Sequence record: DRR723986_833
DNA: 64,000 nucleotides
Direction: 5' to 3' (one strand)
Shown here one piece after another: positions 58,019 to 64,000 of this stretch. The notes under the pieces were generated by a model that was not told the DNA's origin, searched no databases, and worked only from the letters and a program-made list of their open reading frames with translations. How positions within the stretch are numbered: the first letter of the stretch is position 1; each line of letters starts with the position of its first letter. The position numbers and the translations under genes were made by a program.

Positions 58019-60430
58019 TTAGGGCGCCGTTTGTTGCGGTGCCAGCAGTGGAACCGCTACCGAGCCGCTAATTTGCACGGGAATGGGTAGGGGAGACGCT
58101 GAAGTGGCGTACTGGCTGGGGTAGGAGCCATAGACCATTAGCACCAGCTTGTCGCCGCTTTGCATGCGGCTCATTACCCCGACCAAGTCGACCTGGTGGT
58201 CGGCGAAGCCTCTGAAAGGTGTTACCTGATTCATTAGCGGCGTGGGTGGCTGAAGCGGGTTGCTGCCGGATTCTCTAATGGCAAGTCCGACAAACACAAT
58301 GGGCTCAAGCAGCGGGGCATCTGCTTGCTGGTCGGCAATGCTCATGCTCAAGCTGATTGTCGGTACGCCGGCGATTACCTCATTGTCGGCCTGGGCGGTG
58401 TAGAGTTCGATCTCAGTGGGTAGCAGGTTGGCTTCGTGGGCAATGATCGGCAGCGGGCTGCTAAAGGCAAAGTTGTCGCCGCCGTAGGGCACATCGTTGA
58501 GTACGATGCCATCATTACCTTCACTGCCTAAGTTGAAGCAAACCTCTGGAATCTCATCGGCCGCGCCTTGCACAAACTGTAGCTTTTCTTGAAACCAGCT
58601 CACGGTTGTGTCGGTGGTGTTTAAGCGTCCGCAGACACTTTGACCGTCGCCACTGTCGATGCCGTGGCCGGCGGCTTTGGTGAACAAGCGCACATCGCCG
58701 CCCTGATCACTCAAACAGCGGTAGTTTCGGTAGGCATCATTAAAGTTAAACAGGGTATCCATGTGGGACTGGGTAATGAACGCATCAATCGACCGCAAGC
58801 TGCCGTCGGCCGTCGTGTCGTTCTCACCGGCGCAGTGTGAGGCCGGGCTGTGGCGGTAGAGTAGCGCCAGCTTATCGTCGGCCAGGGTGTTTGCTGCCAA
58901 GCCGGTGGCGAGGCCTTCGTTGACTTCCTGGTCTTGGTTGCCTGCCAGGTTGCCGCCAGCCGACAGTACGCTTGCCCAAAATGTTTTAAACACGTTGTTT
59001 GGGTATAGGGAATAGCGCAGGTCGTTCCAGGTAATGTCTGGGGCAATGGCGTCCAGGCGGTGTTCTGGGTCAATTGCGTAGATCATTAACTGATAGCCGC
59101 CACCGTAGGAGCCACCCACGGCGCCGATCAGCGGGTTGTCTTTCTCGGTAGCGGAAGTCGGGCCATTATCTGCATAGGCAAGCTGACTCAGATTCTCTTC
59201 GGCCCAGTCCAGCACTTGTAGCCAGTCTTTGCCTTCCAGGTCGGGGTCCAAAATGCGGATGGTGCCACCGGAGTCACCGTGGCCACGTTCATCCAGGCTC
59301 AGTACGTAAAAGCCTTCGTCGAGTAAGGCTTTCAGCAAGCCACCAGTGGGTCGACTTGACTGACGGCTGCCAGAGTAGCCATGGCTGTGCAAAATCAGCG
59401 GATAGCTTTCCTCTGAAGACAGCGACGTGGGTTCGTGCAGGGTGAACGCAATATTTTCGCCATCGACATTTGATGCAAGGTTTACGTCGTAGGAAACGCC
59501 GTCGGTAATGGTCGCTGGCGGGCAGCCATCGGCTTCAACAGCGGTGCCTGGCGGGGTGTTGGGGCACTGGTCATTGCCATTGAGCACTCCATCGCCGTCG
59601 TTGTCATCTTTTTGCACATTACTGCAGCCCTCGCTGTCGACGGCTGCGCCGGCAGTGGTATTGGGGCAGATGTCGTCGGCGTTATTGACGCCATCGTTAT
59701 CGTCGTCCAGTTGTGAGGGCGAGCAGCCCTGAACATTGGCGGTTTCCGTTGCCGGAGTGGCCGGGCAGTCGTCTTGACCATTGCTGACACCGTCGCCATC
59801 GTCGTCGCGCTGTGCGTCGGAGCAACCATTTTGGTCAACGCTGGCACCTGCCGGTGTCAGTGGGCAGAGATCCTGGGCATTGCCAACGCCGTCGCCATCG
59901 TTGTCGCCGTTTTGACTGTTACTACAGCCATTGGCATCCACCGTGGCGTCTGCCGCTGTATTCGGGCAGTTGTCGCTGCTGTTGTTAACGCCGTCATTGT
60001 CGTCATCCAGCTGTGAGGCGGAACAGCCATTGGTATCGACGCTTTCTCCCGCCGGCGTGGCTGGGCAGCTGTCGTTGGCATCTGCAACCCCGTCGCCGTC
60101 AGCATCTTCAACCGTAATCGCGCAGCCCTGAGCATCGACATCGGTGTTGCTTGGGGTTGCCGGGCAACTGTCAGATTGGTTGCTCACGCCGTCGCCGTCG
60201 TCATCCAACTGCGAGGCAGAACAGCCGTTGCTGTTGGCGATTTCGCTACTGGGCGTGGCGGGGCACTGATCTCGGGTGTCGGCAATGCCGTCGCGGTCGC
60301 TGTCAGTGCTGCCTCCTGAGTTATTGCTAGAAGAGTTGCTGCTCGAGCCACCACAGGCGGCGAGCATGAGGGTGAGCAAGAGTAAGCTGAGCGACTTCCT
60401 CGACGGGAAAAGCAGCGTGCGTAACGTCAT
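58019..60430 (-). CDS. Lipoprotein with thrombospondin type-3 repeats and CocE/NonD (S15-like) hydrolase domain
   Basis: Lipobox LAAC, Ser-rich linker, 8 Asp/Cys repeats, HSHGYSG, DERGHGDSGG, GGSYGGG nucleophile; ATG 60430. Confidence 0.85.
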   Translation of the reverse strand: MTLRTLLFPSRKSLSLLLLTLMLAACGGSSSNSSSNNSGGSTDSDRDGIADTRDQCPATPSSEIANSNGCSASQLDDDGDGVSNQSDSCPATPSNTDVDAQGCAITVEDADGDGVADANDSCPATPAGESVDTNGCSASQLDDDNDGVNNSSDNCPNTAADATVDANGCSNSQNGDNDGDGVGNAQDLCPLTPAGASVDQNGCSDAQRDDDGDGVSNGQDDCPATPATETANVQGCSPSQLDDDNDGVNNADDICPNTTAGAAVDSEGCSNVQKDDNDGDGVLNGNDQCPNTPPGTAVEADGCPPATITDGVSYDVNLASNVDGENIAFTLHEPTSLSSEESYPLILHSHGYSGSRQSSRPTGGLLKALLDEGFYVLSLDERGHGDSGGTIRILDPDLEGKDWLQVLDWAEENLSQLAYADNGPTSATEKDNPLIGAVGGSYGGGYQLMIYAIDPEHRLDAIAPDITWNDLRYSLYPNNVFKTFWASVLSAGGNLAGNQDQEVNEGLATGLAANTLADDKLALLYRHSPASHCAGENDTTADGSLRSIDAFITQSHMDTLFNFNDAYRNYRCLSDQGGDVRLFTKAAGHGIDSGDGQSVCGRLNTTDTTVSWFQEKLQFVQGAADEIPEVCFNLGSEGNDGIVLNDVPYGGDNFAFSSPLPIIAHEANLLPTEIELYTAQADNEVIAGVPTISLSMSIADQQADAPLLEPIVFVGLAIRESGSNPLQPPTPLMNQVTPFRGFADHQVDLVGVMSRMQSGDKLVLMVYGSYPSQYATSASPLPIPVQISGSVAVPLLAPQQTAP
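59522..60304 (-). repeat. Eight tandem 33-34 aa TSP3-like Ca-binding repeats (DxDxDGVxxxxDxCPxT...GC)
   Basis: Counted directly in the translation. Confidence 0.9.
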
Positions 60431-60761
60431 GGCAAATGTCCGTATTGTTAGTATTGTTCGGGTGCTGGCGAGGCGGGCGATGTCACGTTGTAGCAGGGGC
60501 AGCCACTGGCTGTGCTTGTGCGAGTCGCCGCCTGACTGCGAGCAGCAGTCAGAAGTGTGCGCGGCTGACACAGTTATGTCAATTCGTGAAATTGAGTGCG
60601 GGCAGGGTCGCTACAGCAGGGCGACTCATCTGAATGGCGTAATCCGCATAGATGAGTTGCCAGGATTCTCACCTACTGGGACGAGGGGCGGGCTTTACAA
60701 AGCTGACTAGATTCGACGTGTGCCCACGAGCACCACAATAATCATTGAATGGAGTCACGTC

Positions 60762-61673
60762 ATGTCACAACAATGCTCGCCTTTTCCTCCCTACCAAATT
60801 CAGGCGGAGGACATACCCGATCGCTACCCGAGGGGGTGGTTTTGCCTCGGATTACTCGACGACTTTCGCCCGCCTGCGGACAGCCCGCAAAACATCGACG
60901 GTTTTGGTGGCAAGGTCGTCGTGCGTTGTCGCGGCTCACAGATTGACGCGAGTCTCAATGGCCAGCGTCTGCCGACCCTGGCCCGCAACCGCTTGTTGCT
61001 CTGCTGGTACGACCCCGATGGCAATCCGCCGCTGGCTGTCCAGGAGCCGCCAATTATGGGCGAGTGCGATACGCGCCAGTGGAGCCGCTGGCAGATGCGG
61101 GAGTACCGCATACATGCCAATTGCCGCGAGCTGATCGACAATATGGCCGATGCGGCGCACTTTGGCCCCGTGCATGGTGCAAATGTGCGCAGCTTTCGCA
61201 ACGTTATGGATGGCCACACCTTTGTGCAGGAAATGCGCGGCCACAGCGAACGCCTGTCGGCAGAGAGCGAGCTGTATAGCTACGCCAAATACTATGGCCC
61301 GGCCTACCAAACAACGTATATGCGCGGCAGTTACGACGGCCACACCGTTGAAAGCTACCTGCTGCTCAGCCACTTGCCGGTGGCGCGCGAATGCTTTGAT
61401 ATTCGCTACGCGGTGATGGTGAAGCGCCTGCCCCATTTGAACGAGGCGCAAAATGCTGAGCTGTGCAAAATGTATGCGGAGAAGGCTTTTGAGGCCTTTG
61501 CTGAGGATGTGGCGATATGGCACAACAAGACGCGCATCGACAACCCCATTCTCTGCGATGGTGATGGCCCGATCCACAAACTGAGAACCTGGTACGCACA
61601 GTTTTATCAGCCGCTGGCGGAGATCAATGAAGAGCGTCTGCGCTACCGCGAGTACCAGTTGCGTTATGACTAA
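60762..61673 (+). CDS. KshA-like (3-ketosteroid 9-alpha-hydroxylase oxygenase) protein lacking the Rieske cluster motif
   Basis: RYPRGWFCLG, NCRELIDNMADAAHFGPVH, EDVAIW.NKTRIDNP.LC.GDGP...LR.WY.QFY; no CxH...CxxH. Confidence 0.8.
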   Translation: MSQQCSPFPPYQIQAEDIPDRYPRGWFCLGLLDDFRPPADSPQNIDGFGGKVVVRCRGSQIDASLNGQRLPTLARNRLLLCWYDPDGNPPLAVQEPPIMGECDTRQWSRWQMREYRIHANCRELIDNMADAAHFGPVHGANVRSFRNVMDGHTFVQEMRGHSERLSAESELYSYAKYYGPAYQTTYMRGSYDGHTVESYLLLSHLPVARECFDIRYAVMVKRLPHLNEAQNAELCKMYAEKAFEAFAEDVAIWHNKTRIDNPILCDGDGPIHKLRTWYAQFYQPLAEINEERLRYREYQLRYD

Positions 61674-61677
61674 TATC

Positions 61678-61697
61678 GCGGCCCCAATTGGGGCCGC
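61678..61697. other. Perfect 20-bp palindrome GCGGCCCCAATTGGGGCCGC
   Basis: Immediately after the kshA-like stop. Confidence 0.6.
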
Positions 61698-61772
61698 TAT
61701 TCACCGCTCATGGAAGCAGCGCCGAGCAAAGCAATGTTAAGCAAAGCAATACCAGGGAAAGGAGAGACAAGC

Positions 61773-62243
61773 ATGCGCAGTTTGAAAGATCGCTTAAATA
61801 TTGATGTTGTCGACAGCATACGCATTCGTGCACCCGCTCAACGGGTATTCGCCACCGTGGCGAATTATCCGGCAATCGCCAACTGGTTCCCGCCCTATTC
61901 ATGCAGTGTGGAGGGCGGTGGCGATATCAAGGAGGGCGCGCTTGTGCAGCACCGCTATGGTCGTCCGCCATTTGTGCTGAGCCGCTTTACACGCCGTATA
62001 GAGCGTATCGTGGACGGCGAGCGCATTGAGGAGCGGTATATCGATGGAGACTTGCGTGGTACCGGGGTATGGTGTTTCGAGCAGCACGGGCAGGAAACAT
62101 TGGCCAGTTATCACTGCCGGGTGGAGGCCCTGAGCTGGTTCGCTCGACTCGGCTTTGTTCTTCAGGGCAGTCGCGCCCACAGCGAGGTGTACCAGCAATA
62201 CCTAGCGGCCTTAAAGCAGCAGTGCGAGGCCGCTGGCGTTTAA
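61773..62243 (+). CDS. SRPBCC/START-like (polyketide cyclase-type) protein
   Basis: I.IRAP..RVF..V.NY.....WFP and G.G.W.F pattern; AAGGAG RBS. Confidence 0.72.
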   Translation: MRSLKDRLNIDVVDSIRIRAPAQRVFATVANYPAIANWFPPYSCSVEGGGDIKEGALVQHRYGRPPFVLSRFTRRIERIVDGERIEERYIDGDLRGTGVWCFEQHGQETLASYHCRVEALSWFARLGFVLQGSRAHSEVYQQYLAALKQQCEAAGV

Positions 62244-62261
62244 CGTATCAAGGAAGAAGTC

Positions 62262-63140
62262 ATGTCTAAAATCGATCAAGCCCCGCAACATGCCGCGTTA
62301 CCCGGCGGTGGTATTCAGTATTACGACGCGGGCAATGGTCCCTGTGTGATGCTGATCCACGGTTCTGGCCCAGGGGTGAATGCCTGGGCGAATTATCGCG
62401 ATAATTTGCCGATATTTGCCGAGCATTTTCGCTGCATCATGCCTGACTTGCCCGGCTACGGCGGCAGCGATGCGCGAGACGGAGACCCGGTACAAAGCTG
62501 CGTGGCCGCCTGTGTTGAGCTGCTCGATACCCTGGACGTTTCCCGCGTACATATTATTGGTAACTCCTTGGGTGGCATCGTCGGTTCGTATATTGCGGCG
62601 CAGTATCCCGAGCGGGTCGCCAGCTTTATGACTATCGGCGGAATTGGCTTGAATCTGTTCAGCGCTTTTCCTGGGGAGGGGCTGAACTTGCTAACGGCCT
62701 TTACCGAGCAACCCAGCCGCGAAAATTTACGACGTTGGTTGGCGTCCATGGTTTACGATCAGTCAATTATTACTGACGAACTGCTCGAGGCGCGATACGC
62801 GGCGGCAACCGAGCCCGTCACCCTGGCGACCACTCGGGCGCTGTATTCTCGGTCGGCGATCGCTGCAATTGCCGATTATCGGCGGGGAGAAAACGCCGCG
62901 CAGGTGGTCGCGCATTTGCCCAGCATTCAGGCGCCGACGCTAATTACCTGGGGGCGGGATGACCGCGTGAGTCCGCTGGATATCAGCCTGTTGCCCATGC
63001 GGATGATCCCCAATGCCGAGTTGCATGTTTTCCCCAACTGCGGTCACTGGGCGATGATTGAGTGCAAAGCGCGCTTTGAGTCTTTGGCCATCGACTTTAT
63101 TAACGACGCGGAGCGCCGTTATGCGCAGGTGCAGCCATGA
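62262..63140 (+). CDS. Meta-cleavage product C-C hydrolase family (HsaD/BphD/MhpC-like)
   Basis: HGSGPG...W.NY, GNSLGG, WGRDDRV, FPNCGHW. Confidence 0.85.
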   Translation: MSKIDQAPQHAALPGGGIQYYDAGNGPCVMLIHGSGPGVNAWANYRDNLPIFAEHFRCIMPDLPGYGGSDARDGDPVQSCVAACVELLDTLDVSRVHIIGNSLGGIVGSYIAAQYPERVASFMTIGGIGLNLFSAFPGEGLNLLTAFTEQPSRENLRRWLASMVYDQSIITDELLEARYAAATEPVTLATTRALYSRSAIAAIADYRRGENAAQVVAHLPSIQAPTLITWGRDDRVSPLDISLLPMRMIPNAELHVFPNCGHWAMIECKARFESLAIDFINDAERRYAQVQP

Positions 63141-63748
63141 GCGTCGCAGCGATGCTGGGCTTGGCGCTGGCAATGATGGCGCTGGCAGCGCTACCAAGCA
63201 GTAGTGTGTTGCTAGTAGTCGCCTGCAGTTTGCGCGGTGGTCGGCGCCACGGTCTTGCCGCAGCGCTGGGTATTGTTATTGGCGACCTGCTGTTTGTCGG
63301 CCTCGCGATTGGCGGTGTTGCCGCGCTGGCTCAGGCTATGGGCGCGGTGTTTATCGTGGTTAAGGTGGCCGCAGCGCTGCTTCTGCTGAGCGTGGGCTTA
63401 CGCTTGTTGCTATCATCCCGCGCCGGTCACTCTCAGGCCTTACCGGCGGCGCCCGGCTCGCTTTGCACTAGCGCTATCGCGGGCTTGGTGGTGACACTTG
63501 CAGATGTGAAAGCGGTGGTTTTCTACGCCAGTTTATTGCCGCTATTTGTCGACATGCAAAGCGTGTTGCCGGGAGATGTCCTGGCAATTGCGGCAATCAC
63601 GGTGGCGGCCGTTGGTGGCGTGAAATTGTTATATGTGTTGCTTGCTCAGCGACTGGTGCAAGGATTGCCGGTGATCGCCAAGCGGGGTGAAGCGGTGGCG
63701 GGAGTTGGGCTGATCGCTGCGTCTGGGGTATTGCTGTTGAAGGATTAG
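63137..63748 (+). CDS. LysE/RhtB family exporter
   Basis: Multi-TM, P....L.V...L..G...G..AALGI..GD; ATGA overlap. Confidence 0.8.
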   Translation: MSVAAMLGLALAMMALAALPSSSVLLVVACSLRGGRRHGLAAALGIVIGDLLFVGLAIGGVAALAQAMGAVFIVVKVAAALLLLSVGLRLLLSSRAGHSQALPAAPGSLCTSAIAGLVVTLADVKAVVFYASLLPLFVDMQSVLPGDVLAIAAITVAAVGGVKLLYVLLAQRLVQGLPVIAKRGEAVAGVGLIAASGVLLLKD

Positions 63749-63757
63749 TTGTCGCCG

Positions 63758-64000
63758 CTACAGAAACAGGCGACCAATAATGCTGGGTACGGCGGTCTCA
63801 ACTTTTAAAATGCGCGGCCCCAGGCTAAAGCCCTGCATTCCGGCGGCCAGCAGTTTTTCCACCTCATAAGGAATAAACCCGCCTTCCGGGCCGATGGCGA
63901 GTAGGCGCGGCTGGTTACTTGCCGCCGGCACACCATGGCTGTGGTAGGGGTGGGCCAATAGGCCTTGCCGATGTTGCAGCAGTGCTGGCAATACATCTTC
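63758..64000 (-). CDS. rsmE: 16S rRNA m3U1498 methyltransferase RsmE family (5' truncated)
   Basis: AIGPEGGF and SLGPRILKVETA motifs; frame open to the window end. Confidence 0.85.
   Translation of the reverse strand, partial: EDVLPALLQHRQGLLAHPYHSHGVPAASNQPRLLAIGPEGGFIPYEVEKLLAAGMQGFSLGPRILKVETAVPSIIGRLFL

Noticed and set aside
59522-60304. Periodic ~100-bp repeats as a possible CRISPR array
   Set aside because: Repeats are degenerate, in frame and encode TSP3-like protein repeats; no identical repeat-spacer structure and no cas genes

Overview
64 kb of gammaproteobacterial chromosome; the gene content suggests a marine Cellvibrionales/Spongiibacteraceae-like lipid and steroid degrader (inference). 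Bases 1-12.4 kb hold the conserved core block iscA-hscB-hscA-fdx-iscX-ndk-rlmN-pilW-rodZ-ispG-hisS-yfgM-bamB-der. Bases 14.2-30.1 kb are a lipid/steroid catabolic island. It includes a contiguous DUF35x2-ltp4-ltp3-fadD19-echA19-like sterol side-chain module, a CaiB/racemase, a P450 with a divergent epoxide hydrolase, a ketosteroid-dehydrogenase-like flavoprotein and two TetR regulators with palindromic operator candidates. The most unusual locus is 30.2-33.6 kb, a two-gene unit. The first gene fuses a degenerate protein-L-isoaspartate methyltransferase-like domain to a complete GspE/PilB ATPase, and the second is an orphan YehL-like MoxR AAA+ ATPase. No pilus, secretion or VWA partner genes are adjacent. 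The rest of the window has leuA/lrp, ndh, CoA enzymes, a GNAT-nitrilase fusion, acnA, gdhA, an AraC/sterol-desaturase pair, a TonB receptor and a TSP3-repeat lipoprotein hydrolase. A KshA-like oxygenase near the end has cleanly lost its Rieske cluster motif. I recognised no rRNA, tRNA, CRISPR array or mobile element. All family calls come from motif recognition by eye, not database searches.
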